Virus record (IMG/VR): IMGVR_UViG_3300027763_000059
Span: 115-64,114 of that record
Strand: one strand, 5' to 3'
DNA from: a virus
Taxonomy: Duplodnaviria > Caudoviricetes
Length of the DNA stretch: 64,000 nucleotides
This document shows positions 18,238-28,942 of this stretch, piece after piece; within the stretch, counting starts at the first letter, position 1; the number at the start of each line of letters is the position of its first letter. The translations under genes were made by a program, and so were the position numbers. Under the pieces are notes generated by a model. It saw nothing but the letters and a program-made list of their open reading frames with translations, ran no database searches and was not told the DNA's origin.

Positions 18238-19161
18238 ATGGCATATATTTCACAGTATCAGTATTATGAGAACGGGGGCAATGCTCCTGAGGATGCCAAT
18301 TGGGGTTCGTATCAGTACGTTAGCTTAGCTGACATCGTTACAAACTTCCAATTGATGTACTCCGGAAACCACTCATTGGTAAACAATGAGGAGCGGTATA
18401 AGATCTTGTTCCACGCAAAGCGTGCGATTCAAGAGTTGAACTACGATGCGTTTAAAGAGATTAAAGTACTTGAGTTGGACGTATGTGAGCAACTACGCTT
18501 TGTATTGCCGTCAGACTACGTTAATTGGGTTCGTATCTCGATGTACAAGGATGGGTATCTATACCCTTTATCCGAAAACATTCAGACCCTATCATCTAGG
18601 GCATACTTACAAGACAACAACTGTAGGATATTATTTGATGAAGATGGTAACGCACTTCAACCTGAGTTCTCCGAGATTGATTGGGAACGAATCAAGGGTA
18701 CAAAGAAGAGTATATACTTAAACCATGGTAATCAGTTTGATGGCCAAGAGGGTTACTGCTGTGATGGAAATTGGTACTTTGACTACGCGATTGGAACTCG
18801 ATACGGTTTAAATACAGAGACAGCTAATAGAAATCCTACATTTAATATCGATAAGAAGGCAGGAGTTATTAACTTTGACTCAGGCATGGCTAATAAGTCT
18901 TGTATCCTTGAGTACGTATCTGATGGTATGGAGAACGGTGACAATAGTTTAATTACCGTAAACAAATTATTTGAGAAGTATGTATACGCTTATATTCAGT
19001 ATGAGATCCTTAACTCTAAGTTAGGTGTTCAAGAGTACATTATTAGTCGTGCACGCAAGGAGAAGACAGCTCTTTGGCGTAATGCAAAAATTAGAATGAG
19101 TAATATACATCCCGGAAGACTCTTAATGAACTTAAGAGGAATGGACAAGTTCATAAAATAA
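18238..19161 (+). CDS. Tail ring / tubular protein
   Basis: LPSDYVNWVRIS and LEYVSDG motifs; position in the tail module. Confidence 0.65.
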   Translation: MAYISQYQYYENGGNAPEDANWGSYQYVSLADIVTNFQLMYSGNHSLVNNEERYKILFHAKRAIQELNYDAFKEIKVLELDVCEQLRFVLPSDYVNWVRISMYKDGYLYPLSENIQTLSSRAYLQDNNCRILFDEDGNALQPEFSEIDWERIKGTKKSIYLNHGNQFDGQEGYCCDGNWYFDYAIGTRYGLNTETANRNPTFNIDKKAGVINFDSGMANKSCILEYVSDGMENGDNSLITVNKLFEKYVYAYIQYEILNSKLGVQEYIISRARKEKTALWRNAKIRMSNIHPGRLLMNLRGMDKFIK

Positions 19162-19162
19162 T

Positions 19163-22100
19163 ATGTCAAACATAACAAGAAACTTTACTGCAGGCCGAAT
19201 GAACAAGCTCGTTGACCAACGACTTGTGCCTAATGGAGAATACGTAGACGCGTTAAATGTAAGGATGGGTTCTACTGAGCAATCAGAGATGGGTGTCATT
19301 GAGAACACTAAGGGAAACCTACCACTTACAGAGATTGGGTACATAGATGGTACACCGTTAAGTATTGAGGCAAGATGTATTGGTGCATTTGAGGACGGAT
19401 CAAAGGAAACTGTGTATTGGTTTGTACATGACCCGAACTTCTCTGTAGGTGCTACAGGGAAACTTGACCTTATCATGTCATTTAATACGTTAACGAACAT
19501 ACTAACGTATCACGTTATTAGTATTGACAATGGAGATGGTTTAGACACAACGCTTAATTTCAATCCAAAGTACTTAATTACAGCTGTAAATAAGATAGAT
19601 GACTTATTATTCTTCTCTGATGACTACAATCCACCAAGATGGATTAATGTTGCGGAGAACTATGCTAACCCATCTCCAACAAATATTGACTACTACGTAG
19701 CAGTTCCTCCAACCGCTATAGCACCTCATCCTGAGATTTTAAGTGAGAGACTTAAGGTTGTTAAGAAGCCACCTGTAGAGTCGCCTACGTTTCAGTTAAC
19801 GAACACAGGAGGACAACAAAACTTCTTGCATGATACATTTATCTGCTTTGCATATCGTTATCGTTATGAAAACAGTCAGTACTCTGCAACATCTCAGTTT
19901 ACTTTACCGGCATTTTTACCGGGTGCATTTGATTTCTCTGCAAGCAGTCTATTGAACAATGGAATGCAGAACTCAATTAATACAGCTATTATTACCTATA
20001 ACTCAGGTGGGCCACTTGTAGTTGGAATTGACCTCTTGTTCAAGGATGCAAGCAATAATATCATTAAGGTAATTGAGAAATTAAACAAGGCGGACCTTGG
20101 TTTAGTTGACAACACTGACTACACTTACACGTTCTCAAATAGCAAAATATTTACAATACTACCTGACTACGAGATACTTAGGTTGTATGATAACGTACCA
20201 CGTCTAGCTAAAGCGCAGACAATTATGGGTAATCGTTTGATGTATGGGAATTACCTTGAAGGATATGACCTACTTGATAAGTATGGAAACCCTGTAAATT
20301 TTCAATACTATACAGAGTTAAATACCGAGGACATTGGATTTATAAATGTACAAGATGCAACAGAAAGTGGAAACTATAATATTGATGGATCTGTTAGTAT
20401 AGGTGATGCAGTTCTTTCATTTGATTTATCAAATTCTAATTTAGTTTCAGGATCTATAATTTCTTTTGATATAACACTAAGTCACGATTCTTTTTCAGGA
20501 AGCACACCGTTTCCTACTGAAGAAAATGTCAATGTTGGAATAACATTTTCTTTTATACTTCCAACAGATTACGCCTCTGTTTACGATTTAGCTATTAGTG
20601 CTTCATTTCAAGAAGCAATTGGAACCATAGGTAACATACAACCAATTACAACTGCTTGTGATGGAACAACTATGACTGATGTGTTTAACTGTGTGATAGC
20701 TCAAAACTTAAATACATACATAAAGTACAATAGTGGTATAAATGCTGTAGGAGAACCGATATTAATTGGAACAAGTCCAAGTAGTGATTTTATATCCTTA
20801 CAATTTCCTGTTGCTGTATATGTTAATAATATTACAACTCCTACGTATACAGTATACGAGTACTTTAATGTTATTGGCTCATCTATAACTTTTCAAGAGA
20901 TATCAAGTACTCAGAGCTTACATAGTAACAGAGGTTATGAGATTGGTATTGTTTACATGGATGACTTTAATAGATCTACTACAGCATTAGTTAGTAAAAA
21001 TAATACTGTTAACGTACCATGTGGAAACTCTCAGTTTAAAAACTACATACGTGTAACTATACCAAGTTCACCTGTTCCACAGATTGCACCTTCATGGGCG
21101 ACAAGATATAAGTTTGTTATTAAGCCTGACAAAGAGGATTATAATACTATATACTCTAACTTGTTCTTTGAAGACCCTAATACAAATAATGTATACTTTT
21201 TACTAGAGGGTGAGAATGCAAGAAAAGTTGAGTCAGGTATTAGACTAATTGTTAAAGCTGACACTGAAGGAGCTACTAACAGTTGCATATATACCACTGT
21301 ACTTGACAAACAATCTCAGCAAGCTGATTTTCTAGAAATACCAAGCTCTGCAAATCCATCTGTAAATCTATCTATTCCTGCAGGTGTTTACATAAAAATA
21401 AACCCTAATAATTTTAGTGTTGTATTTGATGAAGACGCAATCAAGGGAGGATCAACTTCTCAGGCAAGCATGGGTATTGCAGGAGATTTCCCTGCCATTA
21501 CCTATCCAATGAACGGTGCTTTATCACCCACAGGCCCCTTTATTGATTATACAGTTCCTCAAGGGAGTAGAATTGTAATGTCTTTTAAGTTTGAACGCAA
21601 AGGTACAGGAAGCGGAAATCAAAACTGTGAAAGAAGAATATATACATTAGAAAAAACATTAACATCTTCTGCCACCTATAACAACATGAAAGATTGGTGG
21701 GATGGAGATAATGTTCAAGCTATTTTAAATACAGGCACTCAAGAAGTAGGTGGTACAGGAAACTGTCCTGTAGGAAATGTATATGATCCTTTACTTTCAA
21801 GTGTTCCCACTGTTGCACCTGATTTATGTAACAATAAATATCAATTTATTAGAGACCCTTCAAATAACGCTTTATATTTATACGTATCAGGTACAGCATC
21901 TTGTGGTGACTCAGATAAAAAAAAATCAAGTGTAAAAGTACAAATTACAGTATATAGAGCTGATACTACATTTATATTTGAGACAGAACCTAGCGAGGCA
22001 AACCCGGATATATTCTTTGAAAACGATCAATCGTTTGAGATTGACTCAAATGGTCAGCACAAAGGTAATGTACTAAACCAAAACTTAACTTTAGGGATTC

Positions 22101-23833
22101 CTGCTGTTATAGATACGAGTTTCTTTAACTGCTATGCGTTTGGTAACGGAGCAGAGAGCTACAAGATACTTGATTCAATTGTTGGGGACACGTTTAACTT
22201 GGGTAACCGAGTTACTGCTGTAGCCAATGAAGAGTACAAAGCAGCGAGAAGGTTGTCAGATATGACCTATAGTGGTGTATACAACAACGAGACAAACGTA
22301 AATAAACTTAACGAGTTCAACTTAGGCTTGCTTAACTTTAAGCCGTTACAGAGCTCATTTGGGCCTATCTACATACTAGATGCTCGTCAGACTGACGTAC
22401 TTGTTCTACAGGAGGATAAAATATCCTACGTGTTAGCAGGTAAGAACTTATTGTCTGATGCTGCCGGTGGTGGAGCTGTTACGTCTGTACCTGAGGTATT
22501 GGGTACGCAGATTGCGCGTACTGAGAAGTATGGTATTAGCTTTAACCCTGAGAGTTATATCCATTGGGGGTACGACAGATACTTTACGGACGCTAAACGC
22601 GGAGCTGTCATTCAGCTTAAGGGTGGTATGTCAGAGATGGATCAGTTAACTGTTATCTCTGATGACAACATGAGCACTTGGTTCCGTGATTTATTCATCG
22701 AAGACTTTAATACTCAGAAACTTGGTGCATACGATCCTTACTTAGATGAGTACGTGTTAAGCTCTAACAATATTACTATACCAACCGTAACTAATTGTTT
22801 AGCTTGTGGTGTAACTCAAGAGTTTACATTTACAGAAGAAGTTAAAGGATTCGAGTACTGTGTTAACGTAGGTCAAATAGTTGGTGACGTAGAGATTACG
22901 TACAACGTAATATCACTTCCTGTTGATGGAGAGTTCCAAGTTCAAGCTGAGTACAATGGAAATACATTTACAACGGGTATCGTTACCACATCAGGTTCAT
23001 TGGTGGTTAACAAGGACTCAAATATAGAGGATACTGTATTGGTGTCAATTGGAACAAACGGCCCTGCTGTACTTCAAATTAATGTAAACTGTCCAACAGC
23101 AAACGTGTTAAAGATTGTAGAGGTCGTATTGACAGCCGCATCTGAGGCAGGTCAATCAGTTCGTACAGAGTACAGATACACAGACGGTGCGTACGTTGGT
23201 TCATTGCAGTCTAACTTAGTGTTCTTTGATACGGGTACTAACCCGGTAGTGTCAAGGTACAATACAGTTATTGGCTTCCAAGGTACAGCGAGCATTCCTA
23301 CGGATAACAGTACAATGAGGATTATATCAAATGGTGGAGGGTTTCTTACATTCCAATTTGATCCTGCATCAGATAACTTTAGGTACTTAAGAACTAACAC
23401 GTTATACAACAACAACACTGTTGATATTAATGCATTGGTTACTGCATCAAATAATGCAGTTCCTATTTTGGGAGCAGGAGATTATTTCTACGCTGACTTT
23501 AACGTTGGTACTACAGACGACTACTTATACTTGATATGGGACTTTAGAAACTCTGAGCCTGTTGACCTTTGCTACTCTTCAACAGAAGAGGGCATCGCTG
23601 TTATATGCTGTGAATGTACCCCATGTGATGATCCATGTAAGTCTTGGAACTTTAGAAATGTTGGAGAGGGTATAGCTCACGTTCAGTACATAGACTGTAA
23701 TGGAGCACGTCAAGATGTTTATATAAACGAGAAAGCAAATGAGACAGTATGTGCATTAGCATCTACTACACCACAAATAATCTCAGGAAATTTATTAATA
23801 ACGGTTGTCCAAGAGTGTGGATGTCCAAACTAA
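19163..23833 (+). CDS. Tail stabilization (muzzle, P22 gp10-like) protein with Cys-rich C-terminal extension
   Basis: F..GRMNK.VD.RLVPNGEYVDALN start; YGISFNPES and YFTDAKRGAV motifs. Confidence 0.75.
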   Translation: MSNITRNFTAGRMNKLVDQRLVPNGEYVDALNVRMGSTEQSEMGVIENTKGNLPLTEIGYIDGTPLSIEARCIGAFEDGSKETVYWFVHDPNFSVGATGKLDLIMSFNTLTNILTYHVISIDNGDGLDTTLNFNPKYLITAVNKIDDLLFFSDDYNPPRWINVAENYANPSPTNIDYYVAVPPTAIAPHPEILSERLKVVKKPPVESPTFQLTNTGGQQNFLHDTFICFAYRYRYENSQYSATSQFTLPAFLPGAFDFSASSLLNNGMQNSINTAIITYNSGGPLVVGIDLLFKDASNNIIKVIEKLNKADLGLVDNTDYTYTFSNSKIFTILPDYEILRLYDNVPRLAKAQTIMGNRLMYGNYLEGYDLLDKYGNPVNFQYYTELNTEDIGFINVQDATESGNYNIDGSVSIGDAVLSFDLSNSNLVSGSIISFDITLSHDSFSGSTPFPTEENVNVGITFSFILPTDYASVYDLAISASFQEAIGTIGNIQPITTACDGTTMTDVFNCVIAQNLNTYIKYNSGINAVGEPILIGTSPSSDFISLQFPVAVYVNNITTPTYTVYEYFNVIGSSITFQEISSTQSLHSNRGYEIGIVYMDDFNRSTTALVSKNNTVNVPCGNSQFKNYIRVTIPSSPVPQIAPSWATRYKFVIKPDKEDYNTIYSNLFFEDPNTNNVYFLLEGENARKVESGIRLIVKADTEGATNSCIYTTVLDKQSQQADFLEIPSSANPSVNLSIPAGVYIKINPNNFSVVFDEDAIKGGSTSQASMGIAGDFPAITYPMNGALSPTGPFIDYTVPQGSRIVMSFKFERKGTGSGNQNCERRIYTLEKTLTSSATYNNMKDWWDGDNVQAILNTGTQEVGGTGNCPVGNVYDPLLSSVPTVAPDLCNNKYQFIRDPSNNALYLYVSGTASCGDSDKKKSSVKVQITVYRADTTFIFETEPSEANPDIFFENDQSFEIDSNGQHKGNVLNQNLTLGIPAVIDTSFFNCYAFGNGAESYKILDSIVGDTFNLGNRVTAVANEEYKAARRLSDMTYSGVYNNETNVNKLNEFNLGLLNFKPLQSSFGPIYILDARQTDVLVLQEDKISYVLAGKNLLSDAAGGGAVTSVPEVLGTQIARTEKYGISFNPESYIHWGYDRYFTDAKRGAVIQLKGGMSEMDQLTVISDDNMSTWFRDLFIEDFNTQKLGAYDPYLDEYVLSSNNITIPTVTNCLACGVTQEFTFTEEVKGFEYCVNVGQIVGDVEITYNVISLPVDGEFQVQAEYNGNTFTTGIVTTSGSLVVNKDSNIEDTVLVSIGTNGPAVLQINVNCPTANVLKIVEVVLTAASEAGQSVRTEYRYTDGAYVGSLQSNLVFFDTGTNPVVSRYNTVIGFQGTASIPTDNSTMRIISNGGGFLTFQFDPASDNFRYLRTNTLYNNNTVDINALVTASNNAVPILGAGDYFYADFNVGTTDDYLYLIWDFRNSEPVDLCYSSTEEGIAVICCECTPCDDPCKSWNFRNVGEGIAHVQYIDCNGARQDVYINEKANETVCALASTTPQIISGNLLITVVQECGCPN

Positions 23834-23843
23834 ATAATTTAAT

Positions 23844-25154
23844 ATGACTTATTACTTAGATGCCCCATCACTTGGATCAGCAACAGCTGTGTATACGGAT
23901 GCCGCATTAACGATATGTGCGCTTGATGGGTTTTACTCTGACAACTCAATTGTTAGAGAGCTTGTCGGATGTGTACTACAGCCACAACAAATGTGCCCAT
24001 CATGCGGTATAGCTTGTAATAACGAATGTGGAAATTCAGAGTTAAAGGTAGGTGTGTACAAGGTGACAATTGATTTAGGTAATGACCCAACAAGCATTGG
24101 AGCTATTATTATTGAATTTAACCCTCAGGATTATCCTAAAGGATTTGAGGCTGAGTATGATGGTATAGTATACAACGCACTAAGTTCACCAATATATGGA
24201 TTCCTACAAGGGAGTCTTGGTGTACCAACCTATATTGGAGATGAGGATTTAGATTGCGGCTTAACTACAGGATTTCATGTCTTACCAAATTATATATTTA
24301 ATCAGTCTACACTTGTATATGAAATTGATGGCACTACTCAAGTTGTAAATATATTTCCATCTCAAGTACAGACTACAGTCAATAATCCGGCTAATTGTAT
24401 ATTGGTTATACCAAAAACATCTATTAATCCTTCATCATTAACAATTACAATATTCTCACCGTGTAGCTCTAACTTTGATTTAAACGTATCATGTCCAACT
24501 GTACTTCCTATATTTTATGGAGGTCAAACAACGTTGACACCTGAAGAGGCTTGTGAGTTCCAAGATACCATTACCTATTACAGCGCACCTGTAAATGGAA
24601 ACGGTGTAACACTTGGTTTATTTGATTGGGTATTCTTAGATGAGAATGGAGAGTTTCATGCACCGGATGGTTACTACTACGCACCTACAGCTTTAACTCC
24701 ACCGTACGAATGGTTTAGATTAGAGAACGGTGTTATCGTAGAGTTTGGTGAGTGCGGTTATAGCAACTTTATTATTGAGCGTTGTGCAGATGGATTACAG
24801 TTAGTAGCTGACTCATCTATAACAGGTATAAACGTAGGTGACTTTGTGAATATATCTGATCCGTTCTACGGAGGTTGTGTGTTCCAAGTTATGTCTTACA
24901 CGGCAACAACTAATACAGTTACAATTGATACAGAGGTGGCAATTTCAAGCTGCGAAGAGGTATGTGTTAGCTACAAGGTAGACAACTTTACGTTAGACAC
25001 TTACACAGTAGAATACAACGACTGTACAGGAACGCCTCAAACAACTACTGTAGCAGCATCAACAATTATATACGTATGCGCACAAGTAGGCTCTGTAGTA
25101 GTAGTTGGAGAACCTGCAGGTGTGGTAGTATCATTAGAGTCATGCACTTGTTAA
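23844..25154 (+). CDS. Cys-rich virion structural protein
   Basis: 436 aa, beta-rich, many Cys pairs, DGFYS/DGYYY repeats. Confidence 0.6.
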   Translation: MTYYLDAPSLGSATAVYTDAALTICALDGFYSDNSIVRELVGCVLQPQQMCPSCGIACNNECGNSELKVGVYKVTIDLGNDPTSIGAIIIEFNPQDYPKGFEAEYDGIVYNALSSPIYGFLQGSLGVPTYIGDEDLDCGLTTGFHVLPNYIFNQSTLVYEIDGTTQVVNIFPSQVQTTVNNPANCILVIPKTSINPSSLTITIFSPCSSNFDLNVSCPTVLPIFYGGQTTLTPEEACEFQDTITYYSAPVNGNGVTLGLFDWVFLDENGEFHAPDGYYYAPTALTPPYEWFRLENGVIVEFGECGYSNFIIERCADGLQLVADSSITGINVGDFVNISDPFYGGCVFQVMSYTATTNTVTIDTEVAISSCEEVCVSYKVDNFTLDTYTVEYNDCTGTPQTTTVAASTIIYVCAQVGSVVVVGEPAGVVVSLESCTC

Positions 25155-25164
25155 AAATAAATAG

Positions 25165-25962
25165 ATGTCAGAATATACATTAGCATATAGCGAAAAAGTA
25201 AAGGGATGGACATCGTTCTACTCTTTTATCCCCGATTGGATGATTGGGATGAATAACTTCTTTTACACGTTCAAGGGAGGTAACCTATACCGACACAACG
25301 TGAATAGTGTTAGAAATAACTTCTATGGTGATCAGTATAGCTCAACACTACAGACGGTGTTTAACGATGCTCCACTACATAATAAGTTGTTTAAGACCTT
25401 AAACATAGAAGGTGATGACGCTTGGGCAACAACTATGCAGACTGACATTCAGACCACAGGATTCATTGAGTACCCATGGTTTGAGAAAAAAGAAGGGTCA
25501 TGGTTTGCATTTGTTCGTAACTCCGGAACAGTTCCCGCACTCGCAGATGAGTACGCGTTGCGATCATTGAATGGTGTAGGGAGAAGCGCGTCAATCACGG
25601 GTCCTGCAGGTGCATTAGTGATTAACTTCTCGATCGCACCGTTGGTTGCGATCGGAAGCATTGCAAGTATTGGTGACTACCTTTACTACGCATTGCCACC
25701 GTATACCACTCCTGTGCTTTGCGGTGAGATTACAGGCATTACACAGGACTACCCGGCAGGTGACAACTTCTTTGTGGTAGATACTACGGCAGGTGGAGCT
25801 ATTCCGCCTATTCAGACACCGTACTTCTTGTACATCAAGAGCTCAGTTGCTGAGTCACATGGTGTACTTGGTCACTACTGCGTAGTTAACTTAGAGAATG
25901 ACAGTACGTCAAAAGTTGAACTTTTTGCTATTGAGTCCGAGGTAATGAAGAGTTATCCTTAA
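25165..25962 (+). CDS. Tail protein resembling the C-terminal part of the muzzle protein
   Basis: TLAYSEKVKGWTSFYSFIP, KLFKTL, KKEGSWFA, LGHY..V.L motifs. Confidence 0.6.
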   Translation: MSEYTLAYSEKVKGWTSFYSFIPDWMIGMNNFFYTFKGGNLYRHNVNSVRNNFYGDQYSSTLQTVFNDAPLHNKLFKTLNIEGDDAWATTMQTDIQTTGFIEYPWFEKKEGSWFAFVRNSGTVPALADEYALRSLNGVGRSASITGPAGALVINFSIAPLVAIGSIASIGDYLYYALPPYTTPVLCGEITGITQDYPAGDNFFVVDTTAGGAIPPIQTPYFLYIKSSVAESHGVLGHYCVVNLENDSTSKVELFAIESEVMKSYP

Positions 25963-25982
25963 TTTTTAATATCTTTGCACTA

Positions 25983-26405
25983 ATGGATTTAAATACAGGT
26001 TTCAGCATAAGACCATTAGAGGAGAATGACTACGATGATATTCTTTTTGATTGGTGGAAAGATTGGGGGTTTACCCCTCCCGTAAAGGATTTTTTACCTG
26101 AGAATGCAACGGGTGGTATGATTGTTTACGATGGAGATGTACCTGCTTGCGCGGGATTTCTTTATATAACAAACTCTAAGGTTGCCTTAGTTAATTGGAT
26201 AGTATCCAATAAGCAGTATAGAAAGAAACCAAATAGAAGAATAGCAATAGACTTGTTGATACAGTCTTTAACAAATATGGCTAGGTCTTTAGGATACGAG
26301 TACTCTCACGTGTTGATAAAGAACTCAGCACTTGAAAGTACATACGAGAGACTAGGTTATACCAAGTCTATTACTTATACAAATGAATTAATTAAAAAAT
26401 TATAA
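25983..26405 (+). CDS. GNAT-fold acetyltransferase
   Basis: IRPLEENDY start and YERLGY end; own promoter TATCTTTG at 25970-25977. Confidence 0.7.
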   Translation: MDLNTGFSIRPLEENDYDDILFDWWKDWGFTPPVKDFLPENATGGMIVYDGDVPACAGFLYITNSKVALVNWIVSNKQYRKKPNRRIAIDLLIQSLTNMARSLGYEYSHVLIKNSALESTYERLGYTKSITYTNELIKKL

Positions 26406-26406
26406 C

Positions 26407-27303
26407 ATGGCAGTAGGAACAGCTTTAACAATAGCAAGCGTTGCAACAACAGCCGCAGGAGCAGGTATGTCATTTGCTCAGGCAAACAAACAGAAGAAAC
26501 TTTACGAGCAAGCTCAAGAAGATGCAGCAAAGTCAATGGCAGAAGCAAAGAAAGCAATCAACGTAAACTACTACGAAGGCTTAGCTATACCAACTCAAGC
26601 ATATAAAATGGAGGCTGATATCTTAAAGTCAGTAGCAGCACAAGCTATGGAGGCGGGTAGAGAAGGTGATCAAAGAGGTGTAGCTGCAACAGCAGGACGT
26701 GTACAGGCTGCAGTTACCGATAGTGCAAGAGGCATACGTTCCGATATGTCCAAAGAGTTGTACGACTTGAATAAATTAACACAGACTGAGAATAGAGACA
26801 TCGCAACTAAGTTAGCAAACTTAGACTTAGCTGAGGCACAAGGTGCTCAGTTAGCATCAAGAGATGCTCAAGAAGCAAGGTCAGCAGCTATGACTCAAGG
26901 ATTTAAAAGTGTTGCTTCATTGAGTGGTCAGTTAGCAGGAGCAGCTAATCTTTACGGTAAGAGCGACCAAGCTAAACTCTTAGGTGGCATAACAAATGAT
27001 TATGAGAAAGCTCTTAAATCAGGACAATTAGGAGCTGATTACTTAAATCCTGATAGCACAACGATGACAGCTCAGCAAGCAATTGCAAAGGCAGGGGGAT
27101 TTGGTCCTGAGGTAGCAAATTTAAGTGAGGCTGAATTTCAAGATTATATCACTAAGTTGCCTATGGATAAACTTCAGGCACTATACAACAACAAGTCATT
27201 TACTGATAACTTAAGCTCATACGATAAAACTCTTCAGAATAATATGAAGTATCAATTTGACGAGCCTTGGGCGTTACCCGTTAATTCAGTTACAGCACCT
27301 TAA
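26407..27303 (+). CDS. Internal virion (ejection) protein
   Basis: Ala/Gly-rich hydrophobic N-terminus followed by an Ala/Gln coiled coil. Confidence 0.65.
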   Translation: MAVGTALTIASVATTAAGAGMSFAQANKQKKLYEQAQEDAAKSMAEAKKAINVNYYEGLAIPTQAYKMEADILKSVAAQAMEAGREGDQRGVAATAGRVQAAVTDSARGIRSDMSKELYDLNKLTQTENRDIATKLANLDLAEAQGAQLASRDAQEARSAAMTQGFKSVASLSGQLAGAANLYGKSDQAKLLGGITNDYEKALKSGQLGADYLNPDSTTMTAQQAIAKAGGFGPEVANLSEAEFQDYITKLPMDKLQALYNNKSFTDNLSSYDKTLQNNMKYQFDEPWALPVNSVTAP

Positions 27304-27313
27304 TAAATAAACT

Positions 27314-28936
27314 ATGGCAACATATTACAAATATGCTGAGAGAGAAGCGGACAGTCAAATAAATTGGGAGGAGATAAGTAAGAACTTATCCGACACACTT
27401 ACTGAGGCAAATAACTTAAGAGAGCAAAAGAAGACGGCTATTGACGAGTCTACTCGTGCATTCTCAAAAACATTAGCTAACGCTACACAAGGAGAGAATG
27501 GTCTTGTAAACCAAAAAACATTGGATTATGCAGAAAATGCAACTCAGTTAATGTTAATCCAAGAACGATTATTAAAGTCAGGTCAGATGAAGTTTAAGGA
27601 TTACGCTACTGTAAGACAAAACTTAATTGACAGTACAGATCAAGCGTTTGGTTTAGCTAAAGAGTACCAAGAGGAGTACTCGAAGAAAATGCAGCGATTG
27701 GAGTCAGGTGTATCTTCAGGATTAGAATCTTGGGAGATGGAGCAATTAGAAGGTTACGCTAACTTAAGTGGCATGAACTTCTATCTAGACCCTACTACAG
27801 GTAACGTAAGTATGGCTAAGGTACTAAAGAAAGAAATTGATGGGCAGACAGTAGACGTTATGGATGAGGATCCAAACAACTATGTTAATGTCAATACAGC
27901 TCGTAACCGATTGAAATCATACCACGATAAGTTTAAAGTTGAGGAATCTTTGCAAGAAGCTGCCAAGATGTTGGGTAAAAACAAAGAAGATGTTATAAAA
28001 GCAGGTGGTTCGTTTAGAGCAGGTCAGATTATAACAACTTCTGATCCAACTAAAAAGAAGGATCTAGATGGAGCTATCAACCTTTACAACAAGGCTGAGG
28101 AGAACTTTATATCTTCTCGTTTATCTAACGACTACAATGTTCAGTCTGTACTATACGATCACGAGAAATACGATCCGGCTACAGGAGAAGCATATAGATA
28201 CTCATTTGATCCTAAAGACCAAGGGAGTAATGTCATCTTAATGAAGACTGAGAACGGAAGGACTGTAGTTGATACAAGTGGTAAGTACTACAAAGAACAA
28301 TACGGTGTTGCAGAAAAGTATATGCAACAACAGTTACGTAGTATGCTTGACCGTGAGGTTTCAAGAGATACTTATACTGAGCCTTCTAACTATACACCTG
28401 AGTATATTCTTGATAGACAAGATAAAGGAAGAGCTGAAAAACAACAGAAGACTGAGGCTGCAAATATGTTAGGATTACTTTACTATGGTAACGAAGGTGA
28501 TATTCAAGCAGCGTCTACTTACTTCCAACAGAAAGACCCTGATATTGTTAATGTTGTAAGAGGAAACAATGCAATCCTTGTCTATAGACAAATTAGAGAT
28601 AAAGATGGATCTTACTTAAGAACTACTGAAGAGAAGATTCCTTTAAGGGATGTAAATGGAATGAAAATATCTCAGGATAGATTTATTCAGGCTGCATCAC
28701 CTAGATTAGCAGGAATAAATGATATCTTTACAGGATTAGACGAAGGTAGTTACGTTAAAGGCAAACCATTATACAATGTGGAAAAACCTATATACACTAA
28801 AAGTAAAAGCAGTGATTTGCAGCCTTCAGGTAGTAAACCAAATCTGACTGCTGAACAATGGAATACAAAATGGGAAACCCTTAAAAAAGGTCAAACAATG
28901 GTTGGATTAGATGGTAAAACTTATACTAAACAATAA
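27314..28936 (+). CDS. Internal virion (ejection) protein
   Basis: 540-aa helical protein between ejection-type genes. Confidence 0.6.
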   Translation: MATYYKYAEREADSQINWEEISKNLSDTLTEANNLREQKKTAIDESTRAFSKTLANATQGENGLVNQKTLDYAENATQLMLIQERLLKSGQMKFKDYATVRQNLIDSTDQAFGLAKEYQEEYSKKMQRLESGVSSGLESWEMEQLEGYANLSGMNFYLDPTTGNVSMAKVLKKEIDGQTVDVMDEDPNNYVNVNTARNRLKSYHDKFKVEESLQEAAKMLGKNKEDVIKAGGSFRAGQIITTSDPTKKKDLDGAINLYNKAEENFISSRLSNDYNVQSVLYDHEKYDPATGEAYRYSFDPKDQGSNVILMKTENGRTVVDTSGKYYKEQYGVAEKYMQQQLRSMLDREVSRDTYTEPSNYTPEYILDRQDKGRAEKQQKTEAANMLGLLYYGNEGDIQAASTYFQQKDPDIVNVVRGNNAILVYRQIRDKDGSYLRTTEEKIPLRDVNGMKISQDRFIQAASPRLAGINDIFTGLDEGSYVKGKPLYNVEKPIYTKSKSSDLQPSGSKPNLTAEQWNTKWETLKKGQTMVGLDGKTYTKQ

Positions 28937-28942
28937 AATATA

